Origin: Octopus bimaculoides
Taxonomy: Eukaryota
Assembly (NCBI RefSeq): GCF_001194135.2
Contig: NC_068997.1
Span: 52,664,013-52,703,736 of the forward strand
DNA: 39,724 bases
Reading direction: 5' to 3'
This document shows positions 1 through 11,281 of the stretch, piece after piece; the stretch's first letter is position 1; each line of letters begins with the position of its first letter. A program made the translations under genes and the position numbers. Under the pieces are notes generated by a model, which did no database searches, was not told the DNA's origin, and was given only the letters and a program-made list of their open reading frames with translations.

Positions 1-39
1 CCAAGATTCTTAATGTGAAATCGTGTGTTGAAACAGATA

Positions 40-197
40 TTGTTGTATTTGGGGATGGTCATGTTGCCAGTTTAGCCAATAAAAACACACGCACTATATA
101 TTTGGTGTTAAATTGCTTCAGCTTTATATTACATTAATCTTAATCTTATTTCGGCCAGAGTTCTTTCGTCACACTTCTGTGACCTCATCAGTAGTCC
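40..197 (-). mobile_element. Penelope-like terminal repeat fragment with hammerhead-like motif at 153-196
   Basis: CTGATGA-G-GTCACA(GAAG)TGTGAC-GAAA-GAACT-C. The downstream ~130 nt are homologous to 8343-8460. Confidence 0.55.
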
Positions 198-805
198 TTT
201 GCTTTCTTCTTTCTTATATGTGTGTCCCTCTTTGCTGACGATCAGCCATTTTGTATTTTGTATTCCTATTGTATGTGTCTATATATGCGCATGCGTATCC
301 CTCTATGTGTGTCTATGTTTTGTAAGTGCATGTGTGTGTATGGGGAGTCCACAGACACGCGTGCCCTTAACATACTTCGCATGACTTTCATGTTCCCAAG
401 ATTTGACGAGCCCGGATTTTTTCTTGTGGGGATTCCTGAAAGAGAGGAATCAGAGAAGTGGGGTCTGTTATAGTGCAAGTTTTGGAAAGAGAACGGGCGT
501 GCGAAACCGAAAATGGCTGCCATTTAAGCGATGTCATTTTTTGTATGTCATGTAGTGGTGTTGCAAAATTTGACTTGCGCTTATCAATTGCCATTATGTC
601 CTTTATATTGTATCAAAATTTTCATGCATTTATTTGTAAAGTTAAGGAAATTATTAAAAATTGAAACCCATCAGTGACTTTTGGGACACCCTGTATATAA
701 TATATATATACACACAAACTCAGAGTTTAAGGAAGCTGGCTACTCGATCAAGTTTAGCTTTGGGTCTAAACCACAGCATAAGCTATTATTACTACCACCA
801 ACACT

Positions 806-808
806 ACA

Positions 809-869
<61 letters not shown>

Positions 870-1373
870 GCCGCTGCTACTATTACTACTCCTACTACTA
901 TGAATTACTTCTATTAGAAATACTTTAGATTCCATCAAAGATTAAAGAATACTTATTTAGATTCCAGAAAAAGATTAAAACGTATCCGTTAATCCGTGAC
1001 GACGTTCGTAAATCCTTCTCGGCAGACATGTCTCACCCGTTTCATTGGATATTACGTTTTCCTACAAAGCTGACATTCGTTCGGGGCTATCCCAAACAGA
1101 TATCACGCAATTTGCAGTGTGTGTGTGTGTGTGTGTTTGCACGTGTGTGTGTTTGCACGTGTGTGTGTGTGTGTGTGTGCGTGTCTGTGCGTGTCTGTGC
1201 GTGTGTGTGTATGCGTTTGTGCATGTGTGTGTGCGTGTGACTGTGTGCCTGTGTGTGCCTGTGTGTATGTGCGTGTGTGTGTGTACGTGTGTGCGCATGT
1301 GTGTGTGCGTGTGAGTGCGTGTGCATGTGCGTGTGTATTCGTGTGTATGCGTGTGCATGTGTGTGCGTGCGTA

Positions 1374-1406
<33 letters not shown>

Positions 1407-1588
1407 CTGTGTGTGTGTGTGTGTGTGTGTGTATGCGTGCGTGCGTATGTGTCCTACCTTATTTGGACTTATCAGGAAATATAATTTTATGCTTCATTGT
1501 TATAATTTTGTTGTTTCTTTAATTCTTTTTAATTTGCACTTTTATAAGTTTTCTCTCACTCTCTCTCTCACTCTCTCACTCTCTCTCA

Positions 1589-1620
<32 letters not shown>
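806..1620. repeat. Simple-repeat block: (CTA)n, compound (TG)n, (CT)n
   Basis: Directly visible at about 806-900, 1117-1445 and 1552-1620. Confidence 0.97.
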
Positions 1621-1621
<1 letters not shown>

Positions 1622-1840
1622 GCAACTCACTTTTATCTTTTAATTTTACTTGTTCTAGTCATTGAACTGTGGCCATGCTGGGGCGCTGCCTGCGAAATTT
1701 GTTTTCCTACGGGAGTTCCGGACCCCAGTTATACACTCATTTGCATACAGCCAATCATAGCTCAAGTATTAAACTAATTTATTTACATTATTTACATTAT
1801 TTACATTTGACGGATAGTTGTCCTCATCTTATTTGTTGTT

Positions 1841-1886
1841 AACACAATGTTTCGGCTGATATACCCTCCAGCCTTCATCAGGTGTC
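1841..1886 (-). ncRNA. Minimal hammerhead ribozyme motif in a Penelope-like terminal repeat, probably decayed
   Basis: GACAC-CTGATGA-A-GGCTG(10-nt loop)CAGCC-GAAA-CAT-T-GTGTT: 5-bp stems I and II. Stem III reads ACAT, probably CpG-decayed ACGT. Confidence 0.65.
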
Positions 1887-3131
1887 TTGGGGAAATTTCG
1901 AACCCGGGTTCTCATTGCTAAAGTGTTTTTGTGTTATTATTATTTGTAATTATTTTAAAATAAATTTATTCACATACATAACAAACTAGTTTCAACAATT
2001 TTTTGTTATCAATGGTATAAACAAATATAAAACAATGGGATTTTAACAGAATTTAAAATTGCGAAGTTGAAAACAGGTTTAAATGATTGAATGTGNNNNN
2101 NNNNNNNNNNNNNNNNNNNNNNNNNNNNNNNNNNNNNNNNNNNNNNNNNNNNNNNNNNNNNNNNNNNNNNNNNNNNNNNNNNNNNNNNNNNNNNNNNNNN
2201 NNNNNNNNNNNNNNNNNNNNNNNNNNNNNNNNNNNNNNNNNNNNNNNNNNNNNNNNNNNNNNNNNNNNNNNNNNNNNNNNNNNNNNNNNNNNNNNNNNNN
2301 NNNNNNNNNNNNNNNNNNNNNNNNNNNNNNNNNNNNNNNNNNNNNNNNNNNNNNNNNNNNNNNNNNNNNNNNNNNNNNNNNNNNNNNNNNNNNNNNNNNN
2401 NNNNNNNNNNNNNNNNNNNNNNNATATATATATATATATATATATATACTCCGCGTTTCAAAGGTTGGGACAAGACGCGACTTCGTTAAAACAGTCCTTC
2501 CCGCAAAGCAAATTAAATAACATTTGGGATTATATATATATACATATATATACATACTTATACAGACATATATATATATACATATATATACATATATTTT
2601 ACACGCAATACCGAAAGCACCAACGCCATTACCATCTTCTACCACCATCACCACCGCCAGCAACAGGCAACTCAACCAACACGACTATTATCTCCAGTGC
2701 CACGCACAACATCGCTACTAACACCAGAGCCATAACCACCTCAACCAATACTACAACATAACACTACCACCACGACAATCGCAGCAAACATCACTGCTAC
2801 TACCACCGGCACCACTACCGCACATACCACAACCACCTACACAGTAATCCCAACTACCACCACCACTACTGCTGCCGGCGCTGCCACCACCACCGCCTCC
2901 GCTACCACCCCCATACTGTCAAAATCAGATTCACAACCCGTTACATTTTATTTTTAATTAATTTAATTTAAATTCCATGGTTATCTCCCCCTACTTATCT
3001 TAACCATGATTAATCAATAAGATCGAGTCTAATCTCTTTTCACTAGGAGTATGATTTGAATTAATTAAAATTTCAATTAATTAAAATTTTATGACTCCTT
3101 GCATCTTGTATTTTAGGACTATATAAGTATG

Positions 3132-3198
<67 letters not shown>

Positions 3199-3468
3199 AT
3201 GTATGTATATTTATACACACACACACACACACTCACACACACATACACANNNNNNNNNNNNNNNNNNNNNNNNNNNNNNNNNNNNNNNNNNNNNNNNNNN
3301 NNNNNNNNNNNNNNNNNNNNNNNNNNNNNNNNNNNNNNNNNNNNNNNNNNNNNNNNNNNNNNNNNNNNNNNNNNNNNNNNNNNNNNNNNNNNNNNNNNNN
3401 NNNNNNNNNNNNNNNNNNNNNNNNNNNNNNNNNNNNNNNNNNNNNNNNNNNNNNNNNNNNNNNNNNNN

Positions 3469-3515
<47 letters not shown>

Positions 3516-4027
3516 ATATATATATGTGTGTGTGTGTGTGATTGGGTGCGCGTTTGTGTGTGTGCATGTTACATGATACTGTAAATTATTTAGTAATAAA
3601 TATATATATCTATCTATATGTGTGTATGTATGTAGTACGTATATATATGTGTGTATGTATGCATGTGTGTGTGAGAGCGCGCGCGCGTTCCTATGCACAC
3701 ATATACGTCACGTACGTACGTTCACACACATGCATATACAGGCATATAGAAGTTTGAATTCGTAAGTAGTCGTAATAAATGTACTACAAGAGAAATTTAA
3801 ATTAACATAAAATTATAATAAAAAAGAAAAAAACAGCCCAAAGAACTTATCTTTGATTTAATCAGCTACAAAAGATTGATGGATATCGGAAGCGAATCAT
3901 TAATTTCCACATATATAAAACGAATATTTAATAACTGCGAGATCATTATATAGTTCATAGTTTGGATGAAAGAATGAACTAAACTAAGTTTTTTCTTTTA
4001 AATTTAGATTTGTAAAACACACACATA

Positions 4028-4158
4028 CACACACACACACACTCATACAAGAAGGGCGACTGAAACGTTCCTGGTTTTGAGGGTGTCGCGGAAGGCCTGG
4101 TTTCCAAAAACTGAAGGACCACTGCAATAAGTACGTGAATCTGAGATTGAAATATATT
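4028..4158 (+). mobile_element. Mariner-type MITE or 3' end fragment, cut by a gap
   Basis: TIR-like gaagggcgactgaaacgttcctgg, followed by remnant LKDHCNKYVNLR resembling a mariner transposase C-terminus. Confidence 0.5.
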
Positions 4159-4489
4159 NNNNNNNNNNNNNNNNNNNNNNNNNNNNNNNNNNNNNNNNNN
4201 NNNNNNNNNNNNNNNNNNNNNNNNNNNNNNNNNNNNNNNNNNNNNNNNNNNNNNNNNNNNNNNNNNNNNNNNNNNNNNNNNNNNNNNNNNNNNNNNNNNN
4301 NNNNNNNNNNNNNNNNNNNNNNNNNNNNNNNNNNNNNNNNNNNNNNNNNNNNNNNNNNNNNNNNNNNNNNNNNNNNNNNNNNNNNNNNNNNNNNNNNNNN
4401 NNNNNNNNNNNNNNNNNNNNNNNNNNNNNNNNNNNNNNNNNNNNNNNNNNNNNNNNNNNNNNNNNAAGAAGTACAAAACTCTAATCTCT

Positions 4490-5262
4490 TTCAAAGTTGG
4501 AATCTGTTTCTTGAATGCACTTCTTGAAACCCTCCAGCTACTTTGGGAGGGACCTATGAAAGCCCTTCCAAACTGAAGATATCGAGGACCCATTTCGCAG
4601 CCTCCTTCATCTTCTCGATGTCTTAAAACGAACTGCCCTGAGGTTCTCATTCGGCTTGAGGAACAACGAAAAGCCAGCGGGAGCAAGGTCTCGACTGTAG
4701 GGAAGGTGTAGGACAGTTTTGATGTCCATCTCTGTCGAGTTCTTCGTTACCGAGATGGAACTGTGGACTTATGCATTGTCCTGGTGCAGGTACCACTGAC
4801 CCGAGTGGAAGAGCTCAGGCCTTTTGTAACGAAATCTCTTCTTGAAACCCCTCAAAACTTCACTATGTGCTTTTTGTTGACCATCTGGCCAGAGAGAACC
4901 TGGTAGATGTAGATGATGCCCTTGCTGTCGAAAGAGGGGATCATCATGACCTTCCCTGTGAATTTGCTTCGCCTGGCCTTCTTGGGTCCGTAGGAGCCAG
5001 AATGTTTCCATTGGACACTCTGCCTCTTGGTCTCTGGGTCATAGCAGTAGATCCAGCTTTCAACAACAGGTCATCAGAGACTCAAATATTCTTGAATTGG
5101 GAGTAACGAGCTCAAACGTCTCCCTACTGACACCAACGTGTCTTTCTTTCTGTTCGTCACTGAGTACCCTGGGAACAAATTTTGCATAAATTTTGCGCAT
5201 GTTCAGATCTTCTCGAAACTCAACGGCATTTCGTTCCTCTTTACGTTCTATGTTCAAACTTT
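4490..5262 (-). mobile_element. Degenerate mariner transposase (pseudogene), 5' part lost
   Basis: Frameshifted motifs AKFVPRVLSDEQKERH, YDPETKRQS, KRPELFHSGQWYLHQDNA, PYSRDLAP. Confidence 0.92.
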
Positions 5263-5375
5263 GTCTTTCCATCGTTTCGGGGTCGATAAGGTACTTGTTG
5301 AGAACTGGGGTTGATGTAATCGTCTATCCCCGCTGCCCTCCAAATAACAGGCCTTGTGCCTATAGCAGAAACGGA

Positions 5376-5422
<47 letters not shown>

Positions 5423-5514
5423 GTGTTGTTGTTGTTGTTGTTGGTTTTGTTCTTTTTGTTCTTGATATTGTCATTGTTATCATTAATATTATTACTATCA
5501 TTATTATTATCATT

Positions 5515-5574
<60 letters not shown>
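5262..5574 (+). mobile_element. SINE 3' half ending in a (TAT)n/(TTG)n/(CTT)n microsatellite tail
   Basis: tttcggggtcgataag...actggggttgatgtaatc...ggccttgtgcc, homologous to 29327-29520. Confidence 0.7.
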
Positions 5575-6196
5575 NNNNNNNNNNNNNNNNNNNNNNNNNN
5601 NNNNNNNNNNNNNNNNNNNNNNNNNNNNNNNNNNNNNNNNNNNNNNNNNNNNNNNNNNNNNNNNNNNNNNNNNNNNNNNNNNNNNNNNNNNNNNNNNNNN
5701 NNNNNNNNNNNNNNNNNNNNNNNNNNNNNNNNNNNNNNNNNNNNNNNNNNNNNNNNNNNNNNNNNNNNNNNNNNNNNNNNNNNNNNNNNNNNNNNNNNNN
5801 NNNNNNNNNNNNNNNNNNNNNNNNNNNNNNNNNNNNNNNNNNNNNNNNNNNNNNNNNNNNNNNNNNNNNNNNNNNNNNNNNNNNNNNNNNNNNNNNNNNN
5901 NNNNNNNNNNNNNNNNNNNNNNNNNNNNNNNNNNNNNNNNNNNNNNNNNNNNNNNNNNNNNNNNNNNNNNNNNNNNCGCTTGTTGTTCAGCCCTAGGTTC
6001 ATCCTTGCTCCGACAGACTTGATCAAAGGTAATCCAGTTCTGACCAGCCAGTCTTTTTAGTTGCTTTGATGGGTGGATGTTAATCCGTCACCCGTTTTCG
6101 CACCCCCCCCCACCACCACCACTGCTACCACTACCACTAGCATTACCATCACAACTACCACCACAACTACAATCACAACCACTACCACCACTACCA

Positions 6197-7260
6197 TGGA
6201 CAGACGGTTGGTTGTGAATGCTAAGTTTTTCCCTGGTGAAGAGTGTACCATCCAACGTAGACAAGAGTTTAGTGACTTCGAAGTAAGTGCTACAGGAGCA
6301 CAAAGACAGAAGACAATATGGAGAAGGAGGACATGGGAATTTAAAGAACAGATTTAGAGACATTTTGGTCGACTTCTACGATGAAACAGGGGAGGAAATA
6401 GAAAATAACGAAGCATAAGACATCTGGAAGTTTCTATGGGTTAACTTCCCGAGGGCGACAGAGAAAACATGACGGGGGCGAGGTCCCAGTGACATGGTTG
6501 TGATATGACTCCGTAGACGGAGGTATAAAGGTTAAGACAGGATTGGAGAGACTGGCTGCCAGGAGACAACAATGAGCAGTACCAAGCTGCAGAGATGAGA
6601 AATGAAACTTGAGGTATATCAAGCAAAAAGAGAAGCCCAGAGAAAGAATTTGCCAATGTTGGCAAAGATGCGAGGATAAGAGACGCGGTATATTCCGGAT
6701 TGCAAGGCAAATGTGTGAAAACCGAAATGTCGTTAAGCAAAAACGATAAGGAAAATATGGTGGCTTTTATAGACCATGAAAAGAAAATGATATGAAGATT
6801 TTTTATTGCGAGTGTTTGTTGAATGAGGTGAATGCATGCGAAAAAGCAAACCCCAAAACGATTAGACATCGAAACTGACAGTAAGATGGAAAAAATTGCG
6901 ATAAAGGATATGAAGTCTGGGAAACCATCTTAGCAATCATGAATCACAGCTGAGGTGCTTAAAATATCTGGTGAAGAGGGATGCGGGTTGGTTATACCAA
7001 AAACTAATTATAAATCGAATTAATAGGAATGCAGTGCAATTAGGTTTTCAACGAGGAAGAAATACAACCGATACTAACTTCTTTGAGTATCAGCTACAAT
7101 CGAAGTATCTGGTTAGAATTAAATCTTTGTACCTGGCATTTGTTGACCCAGAGAAGACCTTTCAAGGGCCGCACAAGCTATGCTCAGAGATGTGGTAAGC
7201 AAAGTACAGGTGACTGACACCTTCAGAAGTCTGGCGTTCTGTATGTCCAGATATTTGGTA
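6197..7260 (+). mobile_element. Degenerate RTE-clade LINE (endonuclease end to RT start)
   Basis: NAKFFPGEECT, WRRRTWEFKE, AIKDMKSGK..ITAEVLKISG, QLGFQRGRNTTD...YLAFVDPEKTF, with many stops and frameshifts. Confidence 0.88.
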
Positions 7261-8221
7261 AATATTATCTTTAACGTTGACTCTGCCCGTTATCTATAAC
7301 AATTATATAAAAACATATTCACCATGTCTGCGTAGACAAAATCTATAGATATGATAATTACCTAGATATATAAGTAGTTTCGTACTTTTGACCAAAGGTT
7401 CCCTGTACCAACAGACATAAAAGTCACCAACACTCTCTCTCCCACTCACCTCCTTCACAACATCACCACCAGATGTCACTACTATACCCAACACCATTTT
7501 CTCTACCACAACCCCTATAATCCACCACTATATTTACATGTCCCTGCAACAATATCAAATACTTCTTCGCAGAAGTACGAGTAGTGGTCTCTCCTATTTT
7601 TAACTGGACATTTGCCGGTTTGTAAACGACAAACGAGGAACGTTCTTCGATTAAGCTTAAACAAAACTTCGACATAATCTGCCCACATAACCATCGTGAT
7701 TATAGTTCAGTACAACACACACACAGGCGAATGCATTCTATCAACATTGATTTGAAAGACATTCTTCACGTATGCTGCTGCTACGACGACGACATACACG
7801 CACATACATGCATAAAAATGCATGCATGCGTTCGCAGGCATTTTTTTCTGGACAACACCAAAAATTCTGAAAACATGCGAAAGTGTGTGTGTAAATTTTT
7901 TTTTGGGGGGGGGGTAATGTCAAGGGAAATCACTCTTGATTCCCAATTACCTCCCTTACAGCGTAAAATTATACGAAGATTATCCCATTAAACATAGATT
8001 AAGGCGGCGGTGGAAATGGTTCAAAGACGAAGGAATTAACTACGTACGAGAACCACTACATACGTAAGTAGATCTTTTTTCGTTTTCTTCTAATCACTTA
8101 TTTTAATTTGGAAAGATTTAAAAAATTTTGCTTTTGATCTAGTTTTGCACGCTGCGGACAAATATCGTATTCATTATTTTGGAAAATTGATAGTAAAGAA
8201 TTTGCGTTTATATATTTGTCT

Positions 8222-8460
8222 GAAAATCTTTCGTCACACATCTTGTGACCTATTCAGCCACTCTCCATCTTGCGTGTCTCTTCCTGTACTGGTTTAATCC
8301 ATTGTCGCTGAAGAGGTCACAGAATGTGTGATGAAAGATTTAAGACAAAGGACAAACAGTAAGAACAATAATAAAAACTGAAAGTGAAGAACGGGTGTAT
8401 AGTGCATGTTTGTTTGGCCAAAAGAAACAAAATGACCGTCCCGAAATATAACAACAACAA
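8222..8460. mobile_element. Inverted pair of hammerhead-like motifs plus tail, same family as 40-197
   Basis: 35-bp inverted arms 8224-8258 and 8307-8341 (4 mismatches). Plus copy CTGAAGA-G-GTCACA..TGTGAT-GAAA; minus copy has a damaged core (CTGAATA). Confidence 0.55.
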
Positions 8461-8621
8461 TAAAGAAGTAAAAATGTTTGCCAACATAACATGGCAGTCC
8501 TGGTTTAGGACTAATGTTGCTGTAATTTAGCCCCAGGAGACATCTCCAGCTGGCTATACGACACGATCTGTGCCCTTATATTTTTAAACAAGGGAATATG
8601 GCACCCCCACTCAGCTCAAAA

Positions 8622-8678
8622 CAATATCTGTGTATCGCGATTTCCGGATTATTTTCCTTCATCAGCACACAATAATTG
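8622..8678 (-). ncRNA. Minimal type I hammerhead ribozyme motif (Penelope/retrozyme type)
   Basis: Minus strand reads GTGTG-CTGATGA-A-GGA(AAATAA)TCC-G-GAAA-TCGCGAT-A-CACAG: both core boxes, stems I and II, 2-bp stem III with palindromic CGCG loop, AUA cleavage triplet. Confidence 0.65.
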
Positions 8679-8689
8679 TTCGGCCAGAG

Positions 8690-8800
8690 GTGGCGCTGCC
8701 AATGAAGAAGTTAGAGTCATTTAAATTTACGCGTATTTTTAACCAATGAATTTCAAGCCAATGTCTTCATAGCGGAAAAATGTTTGTTGTCATGGCAACT
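8690..8800. promoter_or_regulatory. Promoter-like cluster: three CCAAT boxes and an RFX X-box
   Basis: CCAAT at 8699, 8743 and 8758. GTTGTCATGGCAAC at 8786-8799 matches the X-box palindrome GTTGCCATGGCAAC at 13/14. Confidence 0.45.
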
Positions 8801-8896
8801 CCAGTGTATCATTGTTACTTGTACAGCTGTGAGTAAAAGAACTGACAGTTTCTAAATTTTCTAAGGAGGAATTAAAGAAACTGAAAAAAGCCCATC

Positions 8897-8931
<35 letters not shown>

Positions 8932-9416
8932 ATATTATATATATATATATATTATATATATATATATATAAAGGACATCCAGCTATAGAAATCATACCAA
9001 AGCAGACGTAGAAGCTGGTGGAACGGAACCCTCTGGCTCATCTATTCTTCTTAAACCATCCAATGGACAAAGGGATGTTAAATGATGATGATGGTGATGA
9101 TGGTGATGATGATAATGATGATGATGGTGATAAAAAGACAAAACAGAGGGAACAAAAGGGCCATTATGATATTTTTTTAATATTTTATTTTCAAAAATCA
9201 GAATCACAGCTATTTCGAAGTGACTGTCGATGCAATGTCCTTCGTCCTGGGGCTGATGTCACATTGATTATATTGTTGGACACAACAAACAAATATAATG
9301 AGGTGATTCTTTCATGTGTACGTGTGTGTATGAACATACATATGCATATATATATATAAACCTCACACACACACACTATATGTATATATACACACACGTG
9401 TGTGTGAGGGTTTATA

Positions 9417-9462
<46 letters not shown>

Positions 9463-10004
9463 TACATATATATGTATATATATATATATATATACACACA
9501 CACATACATACAATCAATACATTGAATATTTTTATGCTTAAGAACGTGTGTGTGTGTGTGTGTGTGTGTGCATAAAACCATTAACAGAGAGACAAGAACT
9601 GTTTTGGATCTTCTTTTCAAAGATGGTAGATGGAATGTTGGTCTAAATATTTATTGTTGCTCTAATTGTATAATTAACACTCCACACACACAAAAGTATA
9701 TTATACATATTTCTTAATTACATAATTAATGGATCATGCATCATCATCCATTAATTACACATATCAGCTACAATTATATCATGATAACATACAATCGATG
9801 TTACCAAATTTTTATAACATACAATTAATATTGTCAGCGGCATTGTCAGATGAATTGTCTTATAATGCTTCCGACTAAGTGATTTACATGGGAAAAAGAA
9901 TTAAGTACTGCATAAAATTAATTTTTATGCAGCTGTCATAGAAACAGGTGTGAAAATTATATGCAAATTTATTCACATCATATTCTCCTATCTTGTACAG
10001 TGTG

Positions 10005-10041
<37 letters not shown>

Positions 10042-10279
10042 AGCAACCACTGACAATAACCAGTGTATGCGACTTATTCAGCTGGTCGGTGACAATTCAC
10101 ACTCACAACAGGTAAAAACTGTCTTTATTGTGTTTATGTTATATGCTTGTGCCCATGTGTACATGTATTCATATATATACATACATACACACACACATAT
10201 ATTTATATATATGCATATACAAGCAAAATAGCAAGTTATAAAATCTCAGGAAGTGATAGAGTAGTGACGTATACTAAAC

Positions 10280-10474
10280 AGTAAAGCCAGTTGCCACATC
10301 AAACTGGCAGTTGAATGTTACTACTAGTTTAACCCCAGGCGGATTCTCCACCAGCTGGTTTTTGGTGCAATGCTCTGCACCCGTATTGTATATAAATGGC
10401 TAGCGGAGAATCTGCCTTGGCTTAAACTAGTAGTAACATTCAACTGCCAGTTTGATGTGGCAACTGGCTTTACT
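10280..10474. mobile_element. Foldback MITE-like element with perfect 53-bp terminal inverted repeats
   Basis: 10280-10332 is the exact reverse complement of 10422-10474. Imperfect pairing continues inward, with a central GGTGCA/TGCACC hairpin. Confidence 0.85.
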
Positions 10475-11110
10475 ATGCATATATATGCATATACTTGCAT
10501 ATATATATATATATATGAATGTATGTATATTTATTATTTAATGTACACAATATACAGATACCAGCTACTAAGTTTCTTGCTTTGGAGACATGTGTCGAGG
10601 CAGGTTTTTATAACATACCATGTATCTCCAAGCAAGAAACGTAGTAGCTTGTATCTGTCTGCATACCATATTTATCTCTCACTAAATGGAATACTTATTT
10701 TGTTGATCTTACCTTAACAGAACACTAAACTATATATAAATATATCAAAACAGGAGATTAGAGAGACGCTTTGTGTAATTTCTCTGTAAAAGCTATTTCC
10801 CAGTATTTCTCAACTTTTATGCATTCCTGACACAAATACAACATCTACATACAACTTTGGAGTGAAATAAGCAAATGTGTTTCAAGAGGACACAGCTTGG
10901 ATTATAACCCTATCAACAATATATATACATACATATATATACACACACACACACACACATATACATATATATATATAAGCATAGAAGAAGTGATGTTAAA
11001 CAGTGATCATGACGATGGTAATGATGATGATGATGTATACATATATGCTTGTGTGATGTGACATAGCATTGAATGATGAAAATGCTTCTTCTCCGCTTTG
11101 GTCCGCTGCC

Positions 11111-11281
11111 TCATGTGATTGGTCGGTCAATGGCCATTCTGGTAAACTCGTTGAGGAGCTCACTGACATTGTCGAGGTCATTGCAAGATGGTTTGTGGAG
11201 GAGGTTACGTAGGTATTCCAACTGTTTGACGTCTGATTCCCAGCCTGTCCGACATAAGTATTGAAGCAACATCTCTGTCAG
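11111..11281 (-). CDS. ANKRD54: ANKRD54-like terminal coding exon (56 aa + TGA)
   Basis: tccgctctgtttcag|CTG. Encodes LTEMLLQYLCRTGWESDVKQLEYLRNLLHKPSCNDLDNVSELLNEFTRMAIDRPIT*, matching the ANKRD54 C-terminus (IIHMLREYLERLG...VDEVTDLLASFTSLSL). Not in the ORF track. Confidence 0.9.
   Translation of the reverse strand: MTEMLLQYLCRTGWESDVKQLEYLRNLLHKPSCNDLDNVSELLNEFTRMAIDRPIT

Noticed and set aside
1045-3760. Many CV-, HT-, YI- and X-rich ORFs
   Set aside because: Products of (TG)n, (TA)n and assembly gaps.
8058-8070. Plus-strand GTAAGT donors here and at 20104
   Set aside because: No partner acceptor or open coding frame could be linked to them.
8682-8698. CTCF-like site CCAGAGGTGGCGCT
   Set aside because: Only the right half matches; spacing is one base short.
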